IMG/VR virus record: IMGVR_UViG_2667527450_000001
Coordinates: 9,397-73,396 of that record
DNA from: a virus
Lineage: Duplodnaviria; Caudoviricetes
Length of the DNA: 64,000 bases
Reading direction: 5' to 3' (one strand)
A program made the position numbers and the translations under genes. The notes beneath the pieces are model-generated. The model was not told the DNA's origin. It did no database searches and saw nothing but the letters and a program-made list of their open reading frames with translations. Shown in pieces: positions 1 to 9,074 of the stretch (position 1 is the first letter of the stretch; each line of letters begins with the position of its first letter).

Positions 1-30
1 GACGCGCTCTGCGAAGCGTGCGCCCGGCCC

Positions 31-315
31 GTGCCCCTCTCCTTCGGCCGACGGCTGTTCGCGGCCCTCACCCATACCGGGCCTGGCTATGACCTGCCAC
101 ATAAGCCTCGCCGCGGAGACGCCGTCGAGCAGTGGCTCAAGGCCCAGCGTGACATGCAACGCGACCGGTTCGGCCGAACCCCCGCCTGGCACAACCTCGA
201 CGACCTGCTCGACGCCTACCGCCTGCACGCCGACACCGGCACCCCGCTCGGCGAGCACGTCTGCATGGCACAGGCCGTCGGCGGATGTGACTGCTTCGAC
301 ACCACCGCCCAGTAG
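31..315 (+). CDS. hypothetical phage protein (start uncertain)
   Basis: ORF with GC3-biased codons ending just before an intergenic hairpin. Confidence 0.55.
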   Translation: MPLSFGRRLFAALTHTGPGYDLPHKPRRGDAVEQWLKAQRDMQRDRFGRTPAWHNLDDLLDAYRLHADTGTPLGEHVCMAQAVGGCDCFDTTAQ

Positions 316-389
316 GGCGCCCCGGGCCGCCGCCACCCGACATGGCGGCGGCCCACCCCTCCAGCATCACACCCGATCGGAGAACCGCG

Positions 390-761
390 ATGACCCGCCG
401 CCTCACCCCGGCCGAACGCCTCGCCGCCACCGACAAGAACACCACCCTCGACAGCATCGTCGCTCGAACCGGCGACTGGGACAGGTTCCTCGTCGAGCAG
501 GCCATTTGGCACTTCGGGCTCGCCTGCGACGAGTGGTCCGCCAACGACCTCCGCGACATCCTGCCCGAGCTGTCCCACGGCTACCTCGGCGCCGCCATCA
601 ACTCGCTGCGCACCGCCGGCCTGATCGAGCACACCGGGGACATGGTGCCGTCCACCAGCGGCCCCACCCACGGCCATCGCCTCAGCGTCTGGCGGCTGTC
701 CATCAAGGGCCTCGTCATAGCCGAGACCCGCCGCAGCCGGCCCAAGCAGGCCGCCGCGTGA
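390..761 (+). CDS. hypothetical protein, possible winged-helix
   Basis: GGAGA RBS before ATG 390; motif LGAAINSLRTAGLIEHTG. Confidence 0.65.
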   Translation: MTRRLTPAERLAATDKNTTLDSIVARTGDWDRFLVEQAIWHFGLACDEWSANDLRDILPELSHGYLGAAINSLRTAGLIEHTGDMVPSTSGPTHGHRLSVWRLSIKGLVIAETRRSRPKQAAA

Positions 762-892
762 GGCTCCTCCGCCGGCTCGCCGCACTCCTCCGTCGCCGCG
801 AACCCCTCGACCCGCAACTCGCCGCACTCGAAGCCATCTGGCGCCACCCCGCCGCCCGCCGCCGCAACACCCCAGGAAGGGGGAACCGATGA
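758..892 (+). CDS. small hypothetical protein
   Basis: GTGA and ATGA overlaps with both neighbours. Confidence 0.5.
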   Translation: MRLLRRLAALLRRREPLDPQLAALEAIWRHPAARRRNTPGRGNR

Positions 893-1761
893 CCGCCACG
901 AAGACGCTCCCGCCCCACGGAACGCTGTCCCGCCACAAGTACCACGGCTGCAAGTGCGCCACCTGTTATGAGGGCTACCGGACCTATCAGCGGTCCCGCC
1001 ACCGCAAGCAGGGCTACGGAACGTGGCAGCCCTACGTCGATGCCGAACCCATCCGGCAGCACCTGCTGAAGCTCCGTGAACAGGGCATCGGCTTCACTCG
1101 CGTCGCCGAGCTCGCCGGCTTGTACCCCGCCACCGTCGGCGGATTCCTCTACGACCTCGGCAACAACAGGCCCCGCAAGGTGAAGGCTCGCCCCGAGATC
1201 GCGGCCAGGATCCTCGCGGTCACCGCCGACACCACCCAGCCATGGCGTATGGACGCCACCGGGACCCGCCGGCGCCTTCAGGCGCTTGCCGCCAACGGCT
1301 GGCCCTTCAAGAGCCTCGGCCCTCACATCGGCGTACACCCCGCAACCGTCGCCAGGCTCCTCCACCAGGACCACGTCTACGCGAGCACGGCCACAGCAGT
1401 CGCTGACACCTACCAGAGCCTTGCCGAAGACCAGCCGGAGCAGCACGGCGTGACCCCTGGTATGGCGCGGCGGGCACGCAATCACGCGGAACGCGAAGGC
1501 TGGCGCACTCCCCAATGGTGGGAGGACATGGGCGACATCGACGACCCCGACTTCGACCCCGACAAGGCAGACGCCGCCCCGACCTTCCTCGAACGAGCAG
1601 CCCTCCGACGCGAGGAGATCATCCACCTCGCCTGGTCCGGCAACGACCCCGACCACATCCACGCCCGGCTCAACGAAGAAGTGTCCATCAGCACCGTCCG
1701 AGCGATCGTCCGCGAATGGCAGACCGGCCAGAAGCGCGACCGAAGGGTGGCCGCGGCATGA
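889..1761 (+). CDS. multi-HTH DNA-binding protein with N-terminal Cys/His (Zn) motif
   Basis: HGT..YHGCKCATC; repeated HTH-like segments; GTRRRLQALAANGW motif typical of actinophage proteins. Confidence 0.75.
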   Translation: MTATKTLPPHGTLSRHKYHGCKCATCYEGYRTYQRSRHRKQGYGTWQPYVDAEPIRQHLLKLREQGIGFTRVAELAGLYPATVGGFLYDLGNNRPRKVKARPEIAARILAVTADTTQPWRMDATGTRRRLQALAANGWPFKSLGPHIGVHPATVARLLHQDHVYASTATAVADTYQSLAEDQPEQHGVTPGMARRARNHAEREGWRTPQWWEDMGDIDDPDFDPDKADAAPTFLERAALRREEIIHLAWSGNDPDHIHARLNEEVSISTVRAIVREWQTGQKRDRRVAAA

Positions 1762-2009
1762 CCGGCATCTGGCAGGACCAGGCCCTCTGCGCCCAGACCG
1801 ACCCCGAGATCTTCGCGCCGGACGTCTACAACGCCGCCACCACCCGCGACGCCAAGGACATCTGCAACCGCTGCGAAGTCAGACGTGAATGCCTCGCTGA
1901 CGCCCTCGCGGAGGAAGGCGCCGACGCCATCCAACTGCGCGCAGCCGTCCGCGGAGGCACCACTCCGCGCGAACGCCACGACATCAGCCGCAAGCCAGCC
2001 GCCGCCTAG
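1758..2009 (+). CDS. WhiB-family (Wbl) transcription factor
   Basis: WQDQALCAQTDPEIF..AKDICNRCEVRRECL: four Cys; GVWGG replaced by AVRGG. Confidence 0.9.
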   Translation: MTGIWQDQALCAQTDPEIFAPDVYNAATTRDAKDICNRCEVRRECLADALAEEGADAIQLRAAVRGGTTPRERHDISRKPAAA

Positions 2010-2045
2010 ACGCAACGACGCCCCGCCCTACCAGCGGGGCACCCG

Positions 2046-2123
2046 GCCCGGGTGGCGCAACAGGCAGACGCAGCCGCCTTAAAAGCGGATCAAGTGCGGG
2101 TTCGAATCCCGTTCCGGGCTCCA
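2046..2123 (+). tRNA. tRNA-Leu, anticodon UAA (bldA-type specificity), short variable loop, encoded CCA
   Basis: Acceptor GCCCGGG/TCCGGGC; Leu-type D arm GCG..GGCAGACGC; anticodon loop CTTAAAA; T arm GCGGG-TTCGAAT-CCCGT; 3' CCA. Confidence 0.85.
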
Positions 2124-2149
2124 GACGACCAGATCCCAGGAGAAACCCA

Positions 2150-3109
2150 ATGACCACCTACCTGCTCCACCTCCACATCCCCGGACATGACACGCGGCCA
2201 CTCACCATCACCGGCGGCACCCCGGGTGAACTCGCCGCCGCCGTACACCGGCACGCCCGCGGCCAACTCGGCAGCTCCCGCGTCGACGTACACCTCGACG
2301 GCCTCGACGGCGAAATCGTCGCCCACGGCGCGACCGCGGGCACCTTCACCCTCCAGCCGGTCGAACAAACCCAGCCGGCCACCAGCGACTCCACTGCCGC
2401 CGACCACGTCGCCCACGGCTACACCATGCGCGACCTCGACCGCGCAGCACGCGCCGCCTGCACAGCCGACCGCACCCTCTCCTCCAACATCAGCCTCCGC
2501 TACGACCTCGCCTGGTCAGCCATCGCCGAACACCTCGTCACCACCGACCAGCCCCCGGCATGGCCCGAGTTGGTGCGCGTCGGCTGGCAGGCCATCTACC
2601 AGGACGTGAAGGCCGTCCGCCGCCTCTACGGCGTCGACTCCACCGGCCGCTCCGGCGAGGTGGCATCCGCACCCCGCTTCGTCGCCTACTGGACCCACGC
2701 GTCGACCGACGGGGCAAGCGACGGCATCGTCGAGCGCATCGCCGTCCACCAGGTTCTCGCCACCCTCCCCGAGCATCAGCGGCAGGCGGTCGTCGCCCTC
2801 GCCACGCAGGACGACTACCAGAAGGCCGCCGACGCCCTCGGCATCAAGTACGCGACCCTCACCGCCCGCATCCGACACGGCCGCCGAGGATTCCGCACCC
2901 TGTGGTTCTCACCCGAGACCGCCCCGCCCACCAAGGGCACAGACCGTCGCGTCGCCTCCCGAGCCGGCACCCCAAATCACTGCCCGCAGGGCCACGAGTA
3001 CACGCCGGAGAACACCATCCGCCGGCCCTCCAGCCGCGGTCGACGCTGCCGCACCTGTGAACAGATCCGCGACGCCGCCCGCAACCGCCGCCGTGCGGAG
3101 GTGGCTTGA
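2150..3109 (+). CDS. sigma-70 region 4-like protein with C-terminal Zn finger
   Basis: VLATLPEHQRQAVVAL..YQKAADALGIKYATLTARIRHGR; C-terminal HCPQGHEYTPENT..CRTC. Confidence 0.7.
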   Translation: MTTYLLHLHIPGHDTRPLTITGGTPGELAAAVHRHARGQLGSSRVDVHLDGLDGEIVAHGATAGTFTLQPVEQTQPATSDSTAADHVAHGYTMRDLDRAARAACTADRTLSSNISLRYDLAWSAIAEHLVTTDQPPAWPELVRVGWQAIYQDVKAVRRLYGVDSTGRSGEVASAPRFVAYWTHASTDGASDGIVERIAVHQVLATLPEHQRQAVVALATQDDYQKAADALGIKYATLTARIRHGRRGFRTLWFSPETAPPTKGTDRRVASRAGTPNHCPQGHEYTPENTIRRPSSRGRRCRTCEQIRDAARNRRRAEVA

Positions 3110-3504
3110 TCGTGCCCAGCATGCAGATACCCGACGATCTGTGCCCGGTGCATAGGGAGATCGCTAAAGGGTGGCGTGACAACCACTTCGACATCTGGAA
3201 CCCCGGGGAATGGCCCGCCGGCCGGTCCGTCACTTCGGGTGAGCGCACGTTGCTCATGGATAACCGGACCACCGTTGACGAGCGAGAGGCCGAGTTCGAG
3301 CGGAAGAACCGGGAGCAAGTGGAACTGACCATCCGGATCTGCCGCTCAGGCCGGTCACCTCAATGCACTCCAGGGCACCGCGATCGGGGCACCAGTCGCT
3401 TCGACCACGCACTCGACACAGCCGACGTTGAGCCGCCCGAGCAGCCAGCCGTCCCGGCGCCACGCTCCACCCACGACGTGCAACTCGTCGGCACCTACCT
3501 GTAG
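3106..3504 (+). CDS. hypothetical protein
   Basis: TTGA overlap with upstream gene; GGAGG RBS. Confidence 0.5.
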   Translation: MIVPSMQIPDDLCPVHREIAKGWRDNHFDIWNPGEWPAGRSVTSGERTLLMDNRTTVDEREAEFERKNREQVELTIRICRSGRSPQCTPGHRDRGTSRFDHALDTADVEPPEQPAVPAPRSTHDVQLVGTYL

Positions 3505-3527
3505 CCACATCCTCCGAAGGAAGCCCG

Positions 3528-4511
3528 ATGCCCTGGTTCGCGCTCGACGACGGGTTCGACACCCACCCGAAGGTCCGCAAGGCGGGTAACGCTGCGGCCG
3601 GGCTGTTCTGCCGCATGGGCGCCCACTGCGCGAAGCACCTCACTGAGGGGCTCGTCGACAGCGCGACCGCGCGGGACTACGGCAGCGTTGCCCAGCTCCG
3701 GAAGCTGGTAGACGTCGGCATGTTGCACCCGGCCGGCCACGGTTGTGGAAGGTGCCCGCAGCCAGAGCCGGGCGGATACGTCTTGCATGACTACCTCGAC
3801 TACAACCGGTCCCGGAAGCAGATCGAGACGGCCCGGGAGAACGGCCGGAAGCGCCAGCAGAAGGGTCGCGACCGGCAGGCTGAAGCCCGCAAGCGCAATG
3901 ATTCGAGCGCGAATCGAGACGCAAACGCCGCCCAAAATGAACGCGATTTGGCGTCATTTTGCGTCCAAAATGAACCTCACTTTGAGGAAGGAACCGCAGG
4001 CCAGGGGCATGTGTCACGGCGTGACACCCTCCAGGGTGCTACGGCCGTCCCCTCCCATCCCATCCCCAGCAGTTCTTTCAGAACTGCTGCTAAGGGCAGC
4101 GGGCAGCTGGCCGGGATCTCCATCCCCGAGTGGGCGCAGCCTCTGGTCGACGCTCTCAGCGACAGCAACATCCACCTCAGCTGGCGACTCAGCACGATGC
4201 AGTGGGGCGCGGTCCAGGAACTGATCAACACCCGTGGGGTGCCGTTCCTTGCAGAGCAGGCCCGACGCCGCTGGAACCCGAAAGACCCGATCAAGTTCGC
4301 CAGCTTGCTGATTCAAATCTGGTGCGAGATCCCGGCCCCGTCGCCCCGCAAGGCCCGCGACGGCTCGTCGAACGAACTTCCCCCGTACTGCGGCGACCCC
4401 GACTGCGACGAAGTCACCCGCACCCGCGACGTCGAGCACGCCAACGGGATCCGCTCTCTCACGCCGTGCCCTGTATGCCACCCATCCCGTAAGGAGAACC
4501 GAGCCGCATGA
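3528..4511 (+). CDS. phage replication initiator-like protein
   Basis: N-terminus MPWFALDDGFDTHPKV..AAGLF; LHDYLDYN; directly upstream of the helicase; C-terminal Cys cluster. Confidence 0.7.
   Translation: MPWFALDDGFDTHPKVRKAGNAAAGLFCRMGAHCAKHLTEGLVDSATARDYGSVAQLRKLVDVGMLHPAGHGCGRCPQPEPGGYVLHDYLDYNRSRKQIETARENGRKRQQKGRDRQAEARKRNDSSANRDANAAQNERDLASFCVQNEPHFEEGTAGQGHVSRRDTLQGATAVPSHPIPSSSFRTAAKGSGQLAGISIPEWAQPLVDALSDSNIHLSWRLSTMQWGAVQELINTRGVPFLAEQARRRWNPKDPIKFASLLIQIWCEIPAPSPRKARDGSSNELPPYCGDPDCDEVTRTRDVEHANGIRSLTPCPVCHPSRKENRAA
3900..4027. repeat. candidate replication origin repeats inside the rep gene
   Basis: CCAAAATGAAC at 3932 and 3965, inverted TCATTTTG at 3954, palindromes 3900-3915 and 4011-4027; locally AT-richer. 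Confidence 0.55.
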
Positions 4512-5863
4512 CCGACGAGTTCGAAGACCTGGAGCGCACCCCGCCTCAGCACCTGGAAGCTGAGCAGGCTGTTCTCGGGGCGATGTTGCTCAGCCCCAGG
4601 AGCGTCATCGACCAGGTGATGCCCATCGTCAAGCCGGATGACTTCTACCGTCCCGCCCACGAGATGATCTTCACGGTCATCTGCGACGTCTACGGCCGCA
4701 GCCGCGACCCGAAGATCGACCCCATCACCATTGCCGCCGAGCTTCACAGCGCTGGACTCATCGAAAAAATCGGCGGCGCCACCTACCTTCACACGCTCGT
4801 ACAGACAGTGCCGTCCACCGGCAACGCCGACTACTACGCCCACATCGTCTACGAGAAGGCGCAACTCCGGCGCGTCATCGAAGCGTCCAGCAGGGCCGCT
4901 TCCCGCGCCTACGCCTCCCAGGGCGAGGCGACCGAAATCGTCGATGACGCCATGGCAGAGCTGCAAGGCGCCGCCACTGGCATCTCCGCAATCGAGGTCA
5001 AGCTCAGCGTCAGCGACCGGTGGGCCGGCTTCCTCGACGAGCTGGAGGCCGGCAAGGATCCCCGGGCACTGGACACGCCCTGGCAAGACCTCAACGAAAT
5101 CGTCGAGTTGAAGCCCGGCCAGCTAGTGACAGTCGGCGCCGCCACGGGCGGAGGTAAATCGCTGCTCGGCATGAACCTCGCCGCGCACGTCGCCATGACC
5201 CGAGCCCGGCCCGTGCTCGTCGCCTCCATGGAGATGGGCGGCTCGGAACTCATGGCGCGCCTCACCGCAGCCGAAGCGTCCGTGAACTTGGACCGGCTCA
5301 TTCGCCGGAAGCTTGAGGACTCCGACTGGGCAAAGATCGCGAAGGCTTCGGAGCGGCTACAGAACGCCCAGAACTTCATCCTCGACGACTCGCCCAGCCT
5401 CACCGTCAGCAAAATCCGGGCCCGCATGCGATGGATGACCTCCCGCGGCACACCACCCGCCATGGTCGTCGCCGATTACCTCCAGCTCCTCACCCCCGAG
5501 AGCAGCAAGGGCAGCGGCGAGAAGTCCCGAGCTGTGGAAGTCGCCGAGCTATCCCGCAACTTGAAGCTGCTGGCGATGGAGTTCGAGATCCCCGTAGTCG
5601 CCCTTGCCCAGTTCAATCGCAACGCGGTCGGCCGCCAGCCGCAGGTGTCGGACTTCAAGGACTCGTCGGCGATCGAGCAGGACTCGAACGTGATCGTGCT
5701 CATGCACCGACCGCTGGCCGAGGACGGATCCGACACCAGCGAACGCGCCGGTGAGATCGACCTCATCGTCGCGAAGAACCGCAACGGCGCCTCCGGCCGC
5801 ATCGTCCCCCTGGTCTTCCAAGGCCACTACGCCCGCCTGCGGTCCCTCGGCCGCGCCGTCTGA
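4508..5863 (+). CDS. dnaB: DnaB-like replicative helicase
   Basis: PPQHLEAEQAVLGAML, Walker A GAATGGGKS, SMEM, DYLQL, AQFNR, SSAIEQD, AKNRNG. Confidence 0.95.
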   Translation: MTDEFEDLERTPPQHLEAEQAVLGAMLLSPRSVIDQVMPIVKPDDFYRPAHEMIFTVICDVYGRSRDPKIDPITIAAELHSAGLIEKIGGATYLHTLVQTVPSTGNADYYAHIVYEKAQLRRVIEASSRAASRAYASQGEATEIVDDAMAELQGAATGISAIEVKLSVSDRWAGFLDELEAGKDPRALDTPWQDLNEIVELKPGQLVTVGAATGGGKSLLGMNLAAHVAMTRARPVLVASMEMGGSELMARLTAAEASVNLDRLIRRKLEDSDWAKIAKASERLQNAQNFILDDSPSLTVSKIRARMRWMTSRGTPPAMVVADYLQLLTPESSKGSGEKSRAVEVAELSRNLKLLAMEFEIPVVALAQFNRNAVGRQPQVSDFKDSSAIEQDSNVIVLMHRPLAEDGSDTSERAGEIDLIVAKNRNGASGRIVPLVFQGHYARLRSLGRAV

Positions 5864-5876
5864 CAAGGAGCTCAGC

Positions 5877-6149
5877 GTGATCACCTGGAACGAACTCGTC
5901 CTCGCCGAACCGCGGCTGCGGGACCTTGAGGCACAAGCCCGAGCCGAGGCCACCAAGGCACTGCGGGACCCGGAATGGTCCTTCTCTGCCTACTGGTCCT
6001 TCACTCTGCGGCCCGCCGTCAACCTGCTCGTCGGTTGGAAGCGGCCTGGCACCGATCAGCCCCAGCTGCGCACAGAGGAAGCGTGGCATGCCGCGATCAG
6101 CCACTTGATCTGCTTGCTGCCCGAAGGCGAAGGGGCGCTGGCGTCATGA
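5877..6149 (+). CDS. hypothetical protein
   Basis: AAGGAG RBS and GTG start; coupled to next gene. Confidence 0.65.
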   Translation: MITWNELVLAEPRLRDLEAQARAEATKALRDPEWSFSAYWSFTLRPAVNLLVGWKRPGTDQPQLRTEEAWHAAISHLICLLPEGEGALAS

Positions 6150-6340
6150 AGGACACCTGCCCGGCTTGCCTGACCCGCGACATAGCCCCCGCCGAATCCC
6201 GCCGCCGCGGCGGCCGAACCGTCGACGGCTACCAGTGCCCCCGCTGCCGCCACACGTGGGCCACGGTCCGCGACCTCACCGCCTACTCCGAACTCCACGC
6301 CCGCCGCGCCCAGCGCCGCAACCGAAGGAGCGCCGCGTGA
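6146..6340 (+). CDS. small Zn-ribbon protein
   Basis: CPAC...YQCPRCRHTW; ATGA overlap. Confidence 0.65.
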   Translation: MKDTCPACLTRDIAPAESRRRGGRTVDGYQCPRCRHTWATVRDLTAYSELHARRAQRRNRRSAA

Positions 6341-6642
6341 TCCAGATCCTGCCCATCGGGACCCCGGTGTGGGTCGCCCAGGCCGCTGACCCGTCGACGG
6401 GCCGCCGCGCTCTGGCCGGCGACGGGGTGGTGACCGGTCACGTGCCGTGCAGCGCTTGCTGGCAGCGGTACACCGGTTCGATCCGGCGTATGTCCCGGGC
6501 CGCCTACGCCGCGGTGGCCGCAGCGTGCGACAGGCCGGCCGGGTTCGTGGTCACGGTCCACCGTCGGCCGGTGACCGTCACCGCCGACGACCCCACGGTG
6601 ATCGCGGTGCCGATCACGAGCGATGAGCGGAGCACGGCATGA
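6337..6642 (+). CDS. hypothetical protein
   Basis: GTGA overlap, AAGGAG RBS. Confidence 0.6.
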   Translation: MIQILPIGTPVWVAQAADPSTGRRALAGDGVVTGHVPCSACWQRYTGSIRRMSRAAYAAVAAACDRPAGFVVTVHRRPVTVTADDPTVIAVPITSDERSTA

Positions 6643-6830
6643 GCCACTACGTGTCCATCGTCTGCGACACTGTCGACGACTTCGGCGAACGCTGCTGGAC
6701 CGAAGACAGCGGTCCGGGTGAGCCGAAGTCCGCGACGGCTGCCCGCGAACGCCTTCGGAGCGGAGGCTGGCACCGGACTCGCGACGGCCGCGACATTTGC
6801 CCCGGCTGCTGGACGGACGGTCGGCGATGA
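6639..6830 (+). CDS. small Cys-rich protein
   Basis: CD..C...GW..GRDICPGC motif; coupled genes. Confidence 0.65.
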   Translation: MSHYVSIVCDTVDDFGERCWTEDSGPGEPKSATAARERLRSGGWHRTRDGRDICPGCWTDGRR

Positions 6831-7105
6831 CCGCCCGCTGTCGCGCCTGCCGGCGTCGTCTGACGCGCCCGGCCGCGGATGGTCTCGGGCCGGTGTGTCG
6901 CCGCCGGATGCAACCCGCCGTGCTGGCACCGCGCTTGGACCTGCCGCCCGCCGTGCCCGCCGCCTCAGGCCAGCTCGCGTTCGACGACCCGCCACCCGAG
7001 GTGCCGTGCAGCGAGTGGCCGGCACCCCGCCGACTCGACCGCCGAACCGTCACCGTGCCCGGACCCGACACCTGGAACCCCAACCCGCCCGAGGAGGCTG
7101 CCTGA
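6827..7105 (+). CDS. DUF6011-like Zn-finger protein
   Basis: CRACRRRLT...GLGPVC. Confidence 0.65.
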   Translation: MTARCRACRRRLTRPAADGLGPVCRRRMQPAVLAPRLDLPPAVPAASGQLAFDDPPPEVPCSEWPAPRRLDRRTVTVPGPDTWNPNPPEEAA

Positions 7106-7476
7106 TGGCCATCGATCACCGCCCGCTCCAACTCGTCGGCGAGGTATCCGCCCGCGACGGAGGCCCGGACCTGGTGCGGGCCGTCGACGGGGAGCTGGAA
7201 CTCAGGTTCACCCTCAGCATTCCCCGCTGGCGGAATGCTCGCCTCGACGGCCGGGACTACCACCGGGTCGTGCTCCGCAGCCCCGGTACCGGCGACGCGG
7301 CGGCCTATGCCGCGGTGCTTCGCCCCGGGCAGCGCCTTCACGTCCACGGCGTGTGGCGCACCCGAGTCGGACTTGCCGGGACGGTCGACGAGCTGGTGGT
7401 GACCCGTCTGTGGGCGCCGCTCCCGATCCCCGCCGGCACACCCGTCCGCCAGCCCCGCGAAGGAGACCTGCTGTGA
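7105..7476 (+). CDS. OB-fold / SSB-like protein
   Basis: LRFTLSIPR..DYHRVV..AAVLRPGQRLHVHGVWRTR resembles SSB. Confidence 0.5.
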   Translation: MAIDHRPLQLVGEVSARDGGPDLVRAVDGELELRFTLSIPRWRNARLDGRDYHRVVLRSPGTGDAAAYAAVLRPGQRLHVHGVWRTRVGLAGTVDELVVTRLWAPLPIPAGTPVRQPREGDLL

Positions 7477-7718
7477 CCGCCTCGGCGGCGCCGCGGGTCA
7501 CCCTGACCGGCCCGCAGCTTGAGGCGCTGGTGTACGCGGCGAACGGCCTGACGTCCAGCCAGATCGCCGGCCGCCTCGGATGCGGCCGGGACGCCATCAA
7601 CCTCCGTATCCGGTACGCCGCTTCCGCTCTCGGTGCCACGTCCCGCACTCACGCCGTGGCCCTCGCCATCGCCCGCGGGCTCATCGATCCCGACGAGATT
7701 CACCCCGCGAGGCGTTGA
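7473..7718 (+). CDS. LuxR-type HTH protein
   Basis: LTGPQLEALVYAANGLTSSQIAGRLG..LGATSRTHAVALA. Confidence 0.85.
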   Translation: MTASAAPRVTLTGPQLEALVYAANGLTSSQIAGRLGCGRDAINLRIRYAASALGATSRTHAVALAIARGLIDPDEIHPARR

Positions 7719-7818
7719 GCGCCCGCCTGAGCCCCGCAGAGCGCCGCGGGGCTCCCAGGCCCCACATCGACCGCCAAAGGCCGCCATGCGGCCACACAGA
7801 CCCGTAGGAGACCTCGAA

Positions 7819-8253
7819 GTGACCCACCGACAAGAACCGGCGAGCGAAACCGAGCACCACGACCGGGAAACCCCCGAGAACGCCGCCAGCGGCCCGCAGG
7901 GCGCCGCGCGAGGCGAGAACGACGCCCTGGATGCCGAAGCGCCCGAGAGGGCCGCAGACGGGCGCGTAGCACCCCGCGACCCCACCACACCCGACGCCAC
8001 CATCCGCCGGCAGCTTGAGCAGATCCTCGCCCTACGCGAAACCGTCATCCAGCAGCGGGCGGCCATCGACCGCGTCCGGGCGCTCGCCGCCGACATGCGC
8101 ACCTGGTGCTCACCACACGGCATCGCTGCCGACTACGCCGACCGACTCCTCGCCGCCTGGTTCGCGTACACCGCCCTCGGGCCGCTCGTCGCACCGGTGC
8201 GGCTCGAAGTCCGGCATCCGGAGACGACCGCGAGCGGGTGCCGGTCGTGCTGA
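7819..8253 (+). CDS. hypothetical protein
   Basis: AGGAG RBS and GTG; coiled-coil AAIDRVRALA. Confidence 0.5.
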   Translation: MTHRQEPASETEHHDRETPENAASGPQGAARGENDALDAEAPERAADGRVAPRDPTTPDATIRRQLEQILALRETVIQQRAAIDRVRALAADMRTWCSPHGIAADYADRLLAAWFAYTALGPLVAPVRLEVRHPETTASGCRSC

Positions 8254-8318
8254 CGGGCAACGCGCTGACGACAGACGAAAGCCGCACACCGGAAGGCGTG
8301 CGGCTCGGGCGAGGCAGG

Positions 8319-8837
8319 TCAGGCGTCGTCGGTCTGCTTGTCGGCTGCGGTGCGGGCGCGGAAGAGGTCGGCGCGGCTTTGGTACTTCTCCGCGACCGGG
8401 ATGTCGTGCTCGCGGGCGAGCCGGCGGAAGACCTCGGGGGTCATGCCGGTAGCCGCGGAGAGCTGGGCTGCGGTCGCGCCCTTGCGGAGTTCGGCGACCG
8501 CGAGTTCCGTGACGATCGGGCGCAGGAAACGAACCTCTTCCAGCGCTTCCCTGTACTCGCCGCAGAGCTTCTCCGACTCGCTGTCGCCCAGGGGGCGGAC
8601 GATGTGGTGGAGGTTCCAGTACGGCTGTTCTGCCCTGATGGCCTCCTTCTCGGTCTTGGCCGCCTCGGCGCGAGTGTCGTGCCACTCCACTCGGCGCTCC
8701 GCGACCTCGGGCCACCATGGTTTCGTCTGGGAGTGCTGGCCGAAGCGAACGTCGGGGTTCTGGCTGATGCCGATGTAGAGCAGCTTCCCCGCGGCGTCGA
8801 AGACGCGGTACAGAGCGGTTCGTCCTTCGCGCTTCAC
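8319..8837 (-). CDS. GIY-YIG nuclease fused to C-terminal HTH
   Basis: TALYRVFDAAGKLLYIGISQNPDVRFGQH..EKEAIRAEQPYWN; GTGA overlap with RHH gene. Confidence 0.8.
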   Translation of the reverse strand: MKREGRTALYRVFDAAGKLLYIGISQNPDVRFGQHSQTKPWWPEVAERRVEWHDTRAEAAKTEKEAIRAEQPYWNLHHIVRPLGDSESEKLCGEYREALEEVRFLRPIVTELAVAELRKGATAAQLSAATGMTPEVFRRLAREHDIPVAEKYQSRADLFRARTAADKQTDDA

Positions 8838-9055
8838 TCGGCGTTGCCTTGCGCCTCGGAGGACTCGGCCTTCCAAGCGTCCCGGTCGGGTCGCTTCACT
8901 TGCTTGGCGCCGGGCTTGTGGATGTACCAGGCCATGAAGGCGCGGATAGCTGCACTGCGGTCGGTTCCCATGGCGGCGGCGGCTTTGCCGAACTCTGCCC
9001 ATTCGTCCAGGTCGACGCGGACGGGGCGGGTGGGTGTCTTCGGTGCGTTCGGCAT
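8834..9055 (-). CDS. ribbon-helix-helix (CopG/Arc-like) protein
   Basis: TPTRPVRVDLDEWAEFGKAA..TDRSAAIRAFMAWY. Confidence 0.75.
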   Translation of the reverse strand: MPNAPKTPTRPVRVDLDEWAEFGKAAAAMGTDRSAAIRAFMAWYIHKPGAKQVKRPDRDAWKAESSEAQGNAE

Positions 9056-9074
9056 GCCCGGACCGTATCCAGGC

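Noticed and set aside
2046-2123. tRNA as host integration site or prophage boundary
   Set aside because: Flanked on both sides by co-oriented phage genes, and no duplicated 3' tRNA fragment was seen
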